From Chrysomallon squamiferum (Eukaryota > Animalia > Mollusca): a stretch of 64,000 bases of DNA. The stretch is from contig CM022679.1 in NCBI GenBank assembly GCA_012295275.1, positions 25,110,001 through 25,174,000 on the forward strand, written 5' to 3'. The translations under genes and the position numbers were made by a program. The notes under the pieces were generated by a model. It ran no database searches. It was not told the DNA's origin and saw nothing but the letters and a program-made list of their open reading frames with translations. Positions 30,381 to 42,961 of this stretch are shown here, piece after piece (the first letter of the stretch is position 1; every line of letters begins with the position of its first letter).

Positions 30381-30889
30381 ATTTGGTCACGTCAGTGGTG
30401 TTTGTATTAATGGGGTACAATTCATCAAGAATGTCAAGAATCGAGTCAGCAGGGATGTCCATGTATCCTGTCACAGTTCATCTTGCTTCAGCTCACTTCA
30501 AACAAAGTCTTCAGGGATAAATTGATCTTTCTCACATTTTTCTTAATTTTCCTCTCTTTTTTTTATATTTTTATTCCTCTTAAAAACAGCTCTTTAGGTT
30601 TTCAGAAAATGTAATTTTTCTTGTAAATTTTTTTTTTTTATATATCTGTGGTAATGTTTGTCATAGTTTTATTTTAATCTGTGTTAACTTTTTTGTTAAT
30701 GTTTTTAGCATACGGATATTTTTTTTTAAAGAGGTTTAATTGTAATTGTTATTAGCATGTGATATTGTTAATTGTGTAACTGTTCATGTGTACATAACAT
30801 AGATACATATATACTACATACATACATACTACAAACACACACATATATATGCATATATGTATGTATGTGTATATATATGTGTGTGTATG

Positions 30890-30923
<34 letters not shown>

Positions 30924-31858
30924 CACAAAATTAATGTTTTTTTCAGAGCTGACATTCTATGCTCTCCTTCTGTAAACTAACCCTACAGAGAATAATGTCA
31001 ATAAGACATCACTGAGGTTTAATCTCCAATTCAATTACATACACCAAATCCTAAAACTTGTATCTGTGTGATATACAAAAATGACAGTATTGAAAATTGA
31101 AATTTCAAAAAAAAATGAAAATAAAATTATAAAAAAAAAAAAAAAATAAATAAATAAAAAAAAAAAAAAAAATGAAAATAATAATATCAAAATCAAGAAC
31201 AACCCAACAGCTATCAAGACATCTTTCACTTTTACTCCATTTTCAGATTTGATCTTGCGACCCATCAAAAATGAAAACCCTTAACCATTTCACTTTACAG
31301 CACTGGTCTTTCCATGTCATGCAGGATGACAAGCTGTATGATATAACCTCAGCAAGATGGAGGTGTCTTAGTTTATTTATTTATTTATTTTTTTGTGTGT
31401 GTGTATATCTGTTCAGTGAGGACAGAGAGTGCAGAATGTCAAGTAAATGAAATTGTTTCGCTGATTTTCTCAAAAGTATTGAACTTGCTCATGTCACTAG
31501 CTGTTTGTCTCACTTGGTGATGTTTTCCCCTGACAGCCAGTTCAGTTATACTAACAGAAATAAGTACTTTGCTTGTAGACTCCCCGTCTCTTATCAGTGC
31601 TGGCTGTTTTTCTCTTCTGCTAACAGTGTTAACTTGTGTCAGGGATAAATCAGTAGCAGACTCCCAGTCTGTTGCTATTAGCTGTATCCCTACTGGTAAC
31701 ATGGTTAAGTTGTTTGAGGGATAAAAAGGTTGTTAACTAAAAAAATGCAATGGAAACATATTATCAGTTAATAGGTGTCTTATTTTATCCTTTTTTGTGA
31801 GTGTTTTTAATAATAATCTGTGAGAGAGAGGTAACTCATAGTTGTGATTTACTATCAC

Positions 31859-31979
31859 TTCTGTTTAGCTGAAAGGAATATTTTATTCACACCTCCTCAT
31901 AAACAGTAAAATACATGTCTTAGATAAACGTTTTCTGTTTAGCAGCAAGTAATATTTTATACACACCTTCTCATAAACA

Positions 31980-32023
<44 letters not shown>

Positions 32024-32172
32024 TTAGATAAACCTTTTCCTCATCATAAACAGTAAAATAAATATATATATATATAAAAGTCTTAGATAAACGTTTTCTG
32101 TTTAGCAACAAGTAATATTTTATACACACCTCCTCATAAACAGTAAAATATATATATGTCTTAGATAAACTT
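31859..32172. repeat. ~75-bp minisatellite (about 4 units) with embedded variable (TA)n
   Basis: Recurrent cacacctcctcataaacagtaaaata(ta)n gtcttagataaacgttttctgtttagc. Confidence 0.85.
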
Positions 32173-33147
32173 TTTATAACCCCTACAAGGTCAAGAAATA
32201 TCTCAGTGGAAATGTTGAGGAGAACTGATCTTCCTTCAGGTCTGTACTGTAACCACTGGGGCACAGTCCACATCCTCACCAGGGAAGAGAGTGATAATGT
32301 CATCATGCTAGTGCAGCTTCCAATGGAGTGACACCAATAAACAATATCTAACAGATCCTATTATCCAATTAATTACTTTGCAGAAAAAAAAGAGAAGAAG
32401 ATCTTGGTCAATGAATGCTGCATTCCCAATATAGTATACAGACAGAATGGTGCTATGCACCCAGTCAATATCTGAGTCAATAAGCAATTGATTTAAATTA
32501 TTTCTGGAAGAAGCAAACAATTTTTCTTTTCATACTCTCAAGTAGTCTAGATCTATTATTAGTGTTTCTTGTGTTCTGCCTGACAGAAGACAGTTTAAAG
32601 CTGATAAAAAGAGACCTGTATTTTATCAATGACATTTTAACAAATAACTATTGATATTAAATAGCCCTGATGGCCATGCTATCTGTTTGCACTATCAGCA
32701 GTGTTTGTTGAATGAGTGGATTAACAGAATTACTTATTTAACTCTTTCTCGGTCAGAGTTATGATTTTATAATGATGAAAAAGAAGAAGAAAAAAAAAAG
32801 AGAAAGGAAAAACGTGTTATTCTGTTAAATGGATTGTTAACAAGCTTGCTTTATTAAATGTTGGTAATCACTTGCTATTTAACATTTGATAAACTGTTCA
32901 TGGAACTTTGGCTGTAATGGGAAATTGTCAGTGGACTCTTTAAGGAGGATTGGAAATACTGAACATTACTTCTAAATAAATATAATATATATAATATAAT
33001 ATAATATAATTTTATAGTAAATATGAGCCATGAATTTCACTAAAGTGAATACAAATAATATTAAAATTTTATGCTATAATTTTTTTTAAAATCTTGATAT
33101 ATACAGTTTTACAAAAATAAATGTAATCTTGGGTCTTTTGACTAATG

Positions 33148-33182
<35 letters not shown>

Positions 33183-34209
33183 TATTTTATTGAAGGATTT
33201 AAAAAAAAATATTTCATTCAATGTCTAAATCACTAGTGTGTTTGTGTGTGAATGTATGTGTTTATGTCTTCTCTCTCTCTCTCTCTCTCTCTCAGACATA
33301 GATTCATGTCATGTGCATGCACTCACACATTGATTCTGTCTCTCAGACAGAAATTCAAAACTAAAGATTCTCATTTATTAAAATAATCAGTTTTCAAATC
33401 AAACATAAATTAAACATTTTTAAAGTACCACAACATAAGGAGCAGAATTTATCTGAACTTACTTCAGCAAAGAAAAGATAAAAATAAAAATAATTTAACA
33501 CTTCTTTTTGAATTAGCGTCATGAAATTAGAGATTCCAAAACCACATAGTTTATAATATCAGTTCTATAATTCTTGTGCTATACATTTTTATTATATTTT
33601 TTTTTTTTTTTTTTTTAAAATGAGCAATTTTTCTACATGTAATTTATCACTGTGCTGATCACTGTAAATATATGACAGAGTGCGAGGCAGACACATTCAT
33701 TTTACTTTAATTATTTCCCTGTTGCAGACAGATGAACATTTCAAATTGCAGTAGAGTAATCAGGCTTAAAGTTAATTTACTCAGATTCTCAAAACTTTTC
33801 ATTATGTATTGAAAACTGGTTGTTACATACACTGGCTATTCATGAACTCTTGATTACACTTAATAAGTCTGAAGTCTTTTAATATTTTGCACAAAAAATG
33901 CAGACAGACAAATATTCACCCATATCATACTTAGTTTTAGAGACATACAGACACGCACTTGTACATGAAGACATACAGACACATTCATACATTCTTGTAC
34001 ACACATATATCTTGTTGAATTTTTATTAGGTGATAAAATCGTCACCCAGGGCCAAACACGCACTGCTATTTATTACGTTCAGAAACCATCAATCTTCCAA
34101 ATAATGATGCCCATACACTCGTACTTTATTACTACTGCAGCTATGTATCATTCTGCACCCACACTTACATCTTCAGTGGCTACACCCACATCCATGTCAT
34201 ATGCATGCA

Positions 34210-34262
<53 letters not shown>

Positions 34263-34715
34263 TAAACCGTTTTACCTTCCTTCCTACCTCTATTCACTCA
34301 TTCTGATTGTGCCTATAAATTCTATGAATGAGAAAAACGATAGTAATGTATAAAATATGCACTGGAAAAAACGTCTAAATCTAGAAATATTACAGAGGAT
34401 TCTATTTCCAGCCTGTCTGAATAGCTAGCATTCTTTCATACACGTAAAACTATCGGCCACTTCTCTCCAATCTGTGGGTGTATAACGGAGTTCACACACG
34501 AAACGCAATCAATAGGAGAAGACAAATGGTGAACACACCCGAGCCTCTGAACAATTAAAAATGATCACAACCTGTGATATTTGTTTGCTGCGGTGGTTGT
34601 TGTTGACACATTCTGGGTGTAGCTTGGTGCTGGGTTTTGTCATGCAGTCTGAAGAGGTGTGGGTTGATTTCTTCACTTCCTGCAGGCAGTTGCTGAGTTC
34701 TGGGATAACTGTTTT

Positions 34716-34749
<34 letters not shown>

Positions 34750-35558
34750 GTGGGAAGAAAAAGTTTCCGATTTTTTATGTGCTGATTAATAATATCCTGA
34801 TTGTGGTATGTATGAGTTAGCCTGTCTATACTGGTGATCTCTCCTATATAAAAAGAAGTGATGTTTGTTCAGGTGGTGAAATGTGCTATTGCTGGATATT
34901 TGATTTATTGTTGAAGGAGATTACCTGAGTAATGTAAATAATGGACTTGACTGTGGAGACAGGTAAAAAATGAAAAATCTTTTTTGGGGGTTATCTCCCT
35001 TTGTATGCATTATTTTTAATTTTTATATTTTAAATTTATTTTAATGTTCGTTTTTTCATCTCTGAATTTTTTTTTAATTTTAATTTTTTTAAATTTTTAT
35101 TTGAAGAGGATAGAGATTTTTTAAAATAAAATATTCACTTTTATAAAATATTTAATTATGCGATAATTTATTTTCCACCTTTGCTGTTAGTTGACCTAAG
35201 ACATTTACATGTAATGTTATATTTTATAAGTGTTATAGTTATTGTTAAAATGCATGATGAAGTTCTCTTATCATTAACGGATAAGTATGAGATTTATTAT
35301 AACAGATAATTTCATGATTAATAATGAGTAATATCAAACACACCATGTACAAACAGCAGTCACATGTGACAGATCAAAGTAGTTGATAAACAGTTTGTGT
35401 TATCTTTTTTTCATTTCTCTTTTTCTTTATTTCATTCTTTGCCTTTTTCACTTACTTTATTCCTCTTTAAATATTTTAATTTTGTTCTTTTTCTGTTTGT
35501 CTATCTTTCTCTCTTTGTCTTTTGTACCTCTTAGTGCCTCATTTTTCTTTCATCCTTT

Positions 35559-35590
<32 letters not shown>

Positions 35591-36099
35591 ATTCATTCTC
35601 TTTTTCTCTCACCCCTTATTTCCACCCTCTCTTACCTGCTTTGTTCTTCACACTCTGCCCCGTTACTGATAAGAACTGAATAAATTAACATTTCACAGAC
35701 GATGTCATCACATCTACCATCAGTTACTGTTTAAACAGCATCTCCAAATCAGATCATAACATCTGCACATGTGACATTTTCTGATGCACACAAACCCAGT
35801 TAATGTGTTTATTTATTGCTAGTTTAAAAGAAAAAGAAGAAAAAAACCTGTAATATTTATGCCACCTCTCTGCTTGCTTGTCACTTGCCAAAACTGTTGA
35901 ATTATTAATTTGCCTCCTGGTGTGATTTTTAATATTGCATATATTTTATATGAGATATTATAACATTAAGTTCAGCAACCTTTTCAAATTTTTATTTTTT
36001 GTTTTTATTTTTTGAAGATATATATTGTTATTTTTTTTTTTTTTTTTTTTTTTTTTATAAATTATTGTACTTATATGATGAACTGGATCCTGTAGTTCA

Positions 36100-36133
<34 letters not shown>

Positions 36134-38649
36134 CATTGTTTCATTTTAATCTCTTTTTCCTTTTTATCTTTTTGAAATTTACGTAATTTAGGCTGCAGTT
36201 TTTAACATATGGATTTTTTAACTGTATTTTCGTGGATTACATGGACTGATCTAATCATAATTGCTTTTTTTCTTTTTTTTTTTTTCTTTTTTAATGTCTA
36301 ATGTGAGAGCCATAATACTTTTTTCTGTAATTATCTGTCAGACTGTATCTCAAACGTTTAATTATTTATGTTCTTTAGGCTGGCTGTTTTTTTTTAAAAT
36401 GTCTTTTTAATGTTTTTTCATTGTCTAAACATTCAGATACAATCTTTTATTAAAGTTTAATTTTTTTAAAAGGTTTTAATACAGATTATTTTCATAATAT
36501 ATATGTATATATATAAATATATATGTATGTTTATTTGTTTTGGTTTTATTATTTTTTTTTTTTTAATGTAAATCTAGTCTCTATTAAAATTAGAATGGGA
36601 TATTTAATAGAAATGTTTTTGTGATGGAACATTTTGTTTTCATATAGCCATTAATGTGATGAATGTAAAGTAAAAAAAAAATCATCATAATCAACAAACT
36701 TAAAACAAAGTTAAAACAAAGTTAATAATGATAAAAAATATTTTTGTAAAAATCTAAATTTTTTCAGGTAATTTCTGCATCAGTAAGTCATTGAGAAAGC
36801 CAAACAAGACATGTTACTTTGAAAACAGCACATTACAAAGAAAAGGGTTAATTAAATTTTATTATTTGAACCAATGTAATTATTATTACAACAAACTCAG
36901 AGTAACGTTAAGTTAAATACAATCCGAAAAAAAACAAAAACACTTTGTCTCATTTTACTGTTAAAGCCAAAATATATCTTATTTGTAAGACTATTTTTAA
37001 ATAAAGATGAACAATAACAGTGCTGTCTGATAGAGGAGGAATGCACATACCACAAACACTGATTTTACTTTTTTGTCGAGCCTTAGTTAGATCAGGAAAA
37101 CAGTCAATAATTGACTATTTTATTATCTACTAAATATTTGCAGAATCAGTTTAATATAACAAGTATTATTACACATTGAAATATCGCCAAAATTAAAAAA
37201 AAAAAAAAGCTTTAATAAATATTAAATTCAGAGATAATTCACTCACTTCCAGTCTCAGTTTAATATTAAAGATTCGAGTTGTTACAGAAATAGGAGTATA
37301 AACATTTTGGATTCTGAAATGACGCAGGCTGTGCAGAGTGTTTGTTTTCTCTAGATATCCCTTGCCAAATGGCTTGGTTTGTGTAGACTATTTACTTTTT
37401 ATTGTCTGAGATAATGGGATAATAAAAAGTTGGCAGAAATTGATCTAGTGTGTTTAATTCTGAGTCCAGCTGCACTAAATTGGCAGACTAAAGACTTCAA
37501 TTTTTTCTGCTCAGTGGTTGTTATGTAAAATTACCAGTTTAAAATTTTCAGTAGCTTTACCTAGAAAGTGTTTTTAATTAAAGATCTTCAGTTCTTTTAA
37601 TATTCAATTATTCATTTAATTTTTATTCATTTTGTTAATTAATTAAAATGCCTTCAGTTGTTATCTTGCTTTCTTCTTTCTAGACTATTGTTTTTAATTT
37701 ACTATCAATCTAAACTCTTTTTTTGTGTCTTCTTTCTTTATTGTCTTTCATTGTTTTTGTTTTTTGTTTCTTCTTTTTTATTTGAAACGTATATCATAAA
37801 ACAATTAGCAGTTAATGTAATCATGAGAGAGACTACAATTTAACCATATTACACAAAGATAATATATACACACAGAGACAGACACACAATCATGCATACA
37901 TATATACACACTCACGTATATGTAGATACATACTTCCATAGATATACACACATAGGTCTACATATAAATAATTGCATCTCTTCATTAACTTAGAAATACA
38001 TTAATATACATCCTGACACATCACACACTTTACTCTCCATGCATATACAGAAATATATATATATATATATGTTTTTGCATTTTCTTCTTTGCTTATTTAT
38101 TTATGTATTTACATTGTATCATTTTAACCATTTCATTAGCCAGTAATATTTCCTTGAAGCCATTTTTGTCTCAAATTATTATCAAATAATGTTTCTTACA
38201 GGCTACTCCTTTTCTGATTGCTTAGAACGAAAATCCAGACAAGTCAATAATTTGTTTCATGTGTTATTTTACTGTATACTTATCTGTGTTAGAAACAAAA
38301 TATATCTCATCTGTCTGTCTGTATGTATATGGATAAATGTAGATGTATTTAGGTTTGACTTTATGATGTTAAAAACAGTTTATGAACTATTGAAACTATT
38401 TAACATCATTATTTGGTTTCAGAAATAAGGTTTTCAGTTATATGAATAATTTTAAATTATTATTATTATGCAATTGTTATTATTATTATTATTGTAACTA
38501 TTATGATTATGATTATGATTATTATTATCATTATTATTATTACTATTGCTATTGTTGTTATTGTTGTTATTATTATTATTATTGTTGTTGTTGTATTTTT
38601 CAGATTTAGTTTTTCGGTGCTGGTTGCATGGCCACACGTGATCCTGGGG

Positions 38650-38724
38650 TCACAGCATGCAGTATTCCCTCGTCCTAGCTGCCATACTGGGACCCATCCT
38701 GCATGGCATTGCCGGTGAGTACTG

Positions 38725-38762
<38 letters not shown>

Positions 38763-38831
38763 CATGCAGTATTCCCTCATCCTAGCTGCCATACTGGGAC
38801 CCATCCTGCATGGCATTGCCGGTGAGTACTG

Positions 38832-38879
<48 letters not shown>

Positions 38880-38948
38880 CATGCAGTATTCCCTCATCCT
38901 AGCTGCCATACTGGGACCCATCCTGCATGGCATTGCTGGTGAGTACTG

Positions 38949-39020
<72 letters not shown>

Positions 39021-39087
39021 CATGCAGTATTCCCTCGTCCTAGCTGCCATACTGGGACCCATCCTGCATGGCATTGCCGGTGAGTAC

Positions 39088-39139
<52 letters not shown>

Positions 39140-39221
39140 CATGCAGTATTCCCTCGTTCTAGCTGCCATACTGGGACCCATCCTGCATGGCATTGCCGGT
39201 GAGTACTGTCACACACACACA

Positions 39222-39290
<69 letters not shown>

Positions 39291-39320
39291 ACACACACAC
39301 ACACATACACACACACATGC
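38650..39320 (+). repeat. Five tandem copies of the 58-nt signal-peptide exon (ATG at 38657, 38764, 38881, 39022, 39141), each with its donor, separated by (CA)n tracts
   Basis: The unit cagcATGCAGTATTCCCTC(G/A)T(C/T)CTAGCTGCCATACTGGGACCCATCCTGCATGGCATTGC(C/T)G-gtgagtact-(ca)n is directly visible. Periods are 107, 117, 141 and 119 bp. Confidence 0.97.
38657..38714 (+). CDS. EGFR-ligand-like gene, coding exon 1 (copy 1): ATG and signal peptide MQYSLVLAAILGPILHGIA
   Basis: Acceptor ttgtatttttcag ends at 38603. An in-frame TGA at 38639 precedes the ATG at 38657. The 19-aa leader is hydrophobic. The donor G|gtgagt is phase 1, matching the exon at 40847. Confidence 0.8.
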
Positions 39321-39652
39321 AGCACTCATGTACGTGTACATACATACAGACTTACATTACTACTACCATTATTACTAAAAAAAATTATGTTGTTGTTGTT
39401 GTTGTTATCACACCTCTGTGTTAAAAGTTCAACACTGCATTGTGTAACACACCTACCTGGCCTGACCTCTGTTAACAATAGCATTGTGCTATCTTTATAC
39501 AAAATTATTATTATATTGTTATTTAAAATATAAATACTCCTTTACATCAATTAAATGAAAATAAATAAAATAAAACACTGCCATTATTATATTGTAATTT
39601 AAACTACCAATACTGTTTTACATTATCTTAAATAACCAAACAAAAAACAATC

Positions 39653-39686
<34 letters not shown>

Positions 39687-40359
39687 GATAATAAATAAAT
39701 AATAATAGTAATAGTAATAATAATAATAACAGTAATAATAATAATAATAATTTAAATTAAAATAAAAATAAAAAATAAATAAAAATATTAACATATATAA
39801 ATAAAAGATAAATCAACAATATAATTATATACTGCAAAAACATAAAATACATCAACTACATTAAACATTTCGGCAAAAAAAAAAACAAAAAAAAAAAAAA
39901 GAAAAGAAAAAAGGAAAGAGAATAGAAAGAAAAACAAAACACTATATTTTACTACTGCATGTTAAAACACAAACACTGTGCTGTATCAACAACTAATGGG
40001 TTGGTTGTTCAGGTAGGGAGAACTCTGCTGTCTTGTTTTAATGGGTGTGAAACCAGATGGCTCTGTAAATAACTGCATCACTGTGGTTTAGAAGTGAAAT
40101 AAATCTCTCCTCTGTGGTATTCCCCTTATCTTATTTGCTGCTCAGGATGATGTGAGGAGAACCTGACTGCATGGGTAGAGGATTAGAAAACCGATAGCTC
40201 TCCTTACCTTCTGGGTGTTAGTTTACCTTTCAGTTATTTCTGTTTTGACCTGTCGAACAAAACAGGTTAATTGTGATATCTGTCAGGTAGATAGATGTCT
40301 GTGTTCAGGTAATGCAATGTTTTAACAAGTTAAAAGTTTTTTTTTTATTTGTATGTGTT

Positions 40360-40401
<42 letters not shown>

Positions 40402-40593
40402 TGTGTGTCTCTGTGTATGTGTGTGTGTGAGTGTGTGTGTGTGTGGGGGGGTGTGGGTGTATGTGTGTGTGTGGGTGTGTGTGTGTGTTTAAGAACTATA
40501 TTATGTGAAGATGAATGAATTTAATGTTTTTGGACTGAAAGGTCACTGCACTATGCCCAGCTATTCTTTTTCTTATTTCATTCAATAAATCTT

Positions 40594-40645
<52 letters not shown>

Positions 40646-40846
40646 TATATATATATATATATATATACAGATTAATTTAAATGAAAAAATGAACAGCAGG
40701 ATATAATGCAGTGACCTTTCATACATGATATCCCAAAACATTACACATACACACACATACACATACTCAAATAGTTACAGTGTGAAATACATGCATACAT
40801 ACATACAGAGTGTGTAATGGTTTCATGAATCTGTTCGCTGTTGTAG

Positions 40847-41024
40847 ATGCCTGTGGACGACAGCCTGCTGCACCAACTACCACAGAGTACCCTCCCCTGA
40901 TCACATCAACAGCTCTGGCCACCCACAGACTGAAATGTGACGCTGATGAAACGACGAGGCAGGGTTGCCTCAACGGTGGGGAGTGTTTTGTTGTGTTGCT
41001 AGGAAACAGGACAACATCATGTCA
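40847..41024 (+). CDS. EGFR-ligand-like gene, exon 2: (D)ACGRQPAAPTTTEYPP...HRLKCDADETTRQGCLNGGECFVVLLGNRTTSC(Q), EGF Cys1-4
   Basis: Acceptor gttgtag, donor CA|gtaagt. The CLNGGEC EGF motif is present and the frame is continuous with the flanking exons. Confidence 0.92.
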
Positions 41025-41180
41025 GTAAGTAGAGACTTGATATTAAAAGTTTGATTGTCTGGTTTTGGGTAATAATCAGTATTTTTGTTGGGTATTGTTT
41101 TTAAATCTCCTTACATACGTTCATATTATGCATACATCCATGAAAGTATTTATCTCTCTCTCTCACACACACACACACAG

Positions 41181-41221
<41 letters not shown>

Positions 41222-41516
41222 CTCAAACACACAAAGACAACTATACTATGTCTCACACACACAAACACAAACACTCACACACACATGCATATTCTCTTTC
41301 TCACACAAACACACTCTCTTAATTATACATCTAAAACCCTTCACATACAGTTCAGACTCGTACAACAGTATAATTATTTTGATCTCTCGAATCATCTACA
41401 CCTCAGTTGTCTCTGCTCTCTTCACAAACACAAACTCATATAATAACTACTGAACTTTATTTTGTTTCAGTACACTCGGACTAATTCATTTAAAAATATA
41501 TTTTTTTCAATTACAG

Positions 41517-41578
41517 ATGTCCTGAGATGTATATAGGACAGAGGTGTGAGGAAATTTCACCAGACATTTTTGGACAAT
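41517..41578 (+). CDS. EGFR-ligand-like gene, exon 3: CPEMYIGQRCEEISPDIFGQ(L), EGF Cys5-6
   Basis: Acceptor ttacag, donor T|gtaaga. It completes C-x-C-x8-C with Y-x-G-x-R-C. Confidence 0.92.
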
Positions 41579-41977
41579 GTAAGAATCTGATTAACATACT
41601 CAATATCTGATCTTACAAAAAAAAAATTTGTTCTTAAAATATTGTGATATAATATCATACCAGTTGTATCTCATTTTTTCATATGTTCTTTTTTATTATT
41701 TTTTTAATTTTATTATTGACTGTTATTCACTAGACCAAGAAATGAAAATATTTATTTGTGTTTCAGAGTACTTATTAACTATTATAGGAAAATAAATGCA
41801 TGAAGTTGTTTGTGGGTGTATGGTAAAAGGTATATGGGTCTTGAATGTTGGGTGTATTAATAGAAAACACACACATAGCACATAGATTTATTAATTTTTG
41901 TAAGTACATGAATATTTACAACCATGTACAAGTAGTTAGTATATATTTTATACAGTTTATATATTTTTTGTTTGCAG

Positions 41978-42074
41978 TGAGAAAAGGTGATGTCATGATT
42001 GGAGGTATCGCTGGTGGTGTAGCTGCCCTCATAGTAGTTGTTGCAATCATCATCTATGCAGTTGTTATTTTCAG
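41978..42074 (+). CDS. EGFR-ligand-like gene, exon 4: transmembrane segment RKGDVMIGGIAGGVAALIVVVAIIIYAVVIF(R)
   Basis: Acceptor tttgcag, donor AG|gtatgt. It encodes a hydrophobic helix and the phases match. Confidence 0.9.
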
Positions 42075-42282
42075 GTATGTCTACGTTCTTTATACTCAGT
42101 TAGTATTAGTCAGATTTATGGAAAATAATAAATTATATTAGTCAAATGTAATAAACTTTATTATTTATATATATATATGTATTATTCTTACTGTTGTTAG
42201 TTATTTTTACTGTTGCTATTATTATTATTGTTACTACTACTGATACTCTTATTATAACTACTACTACTACTACTATTACCCC

Positions 42283-42384
<102 letters not shown>

Positions 42385-42961
42385 TTTTCCACTTATTATT
42401 ATTAGTTGTTGATATTGTTAATATTATTCATTTTATAATTATACCTTTTCATAATATTACTATGATTTATGTAATTTGGTCGTTTGTTTTTTTTTTGGTG
42501 TTTTTTTTAAAGTTATGCAAAGTATGTGATTTAAAGAATAGCCAATATTTTTTTTTCAAAATGACAAAATATTCTAAAACAGATAATATATTGTAATAAC
42601 ATATTTTCCATTTTAAAACTTTATAAAAAATTATAATAATAATAACAGCATACTGTATAGATTACATACAAACATATTTAACTACATAAATATTCTCAGA
42701 AATGTTTCCATTTAAAAATGTATTTATCTGAGAAAAAAACAGCAGAAACTTATAATAATGACATATATATATAAATAAATATATAATATAGAGATGTCAG
42801 TATTCTGTACTCTCTCTCTCTTGTACTTTATATTTTAAAACTCATAATAATAATAATAATAATAACGACAACAACAACATACTGCACTGTACAAAAATAT
42901 CCTTAGAAGCATTTCCTAATTTTTTAATTTTAATTTTTAATTTTTAAAATTTTGTTTCCAG

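Noticed and set aside
374-38428. Dozens of 60-170 aa ORFs (poly-I/L/Y, CVCV, THTH, ERER)
   Set aside because: They are translations of microsatellites or AT-rich low-complexity DNA, with no domains or coherent exon chains.
38657-39320. The exon array as a CRISPR-like repeat/spacer system, or the 108-aa and 130-aa HT-repeat ORFs as real proteins
   Set aside because: The spacers are plain (CA)n and the repeat is a splice-competent exon. The HT runs are microsatellite read-through.
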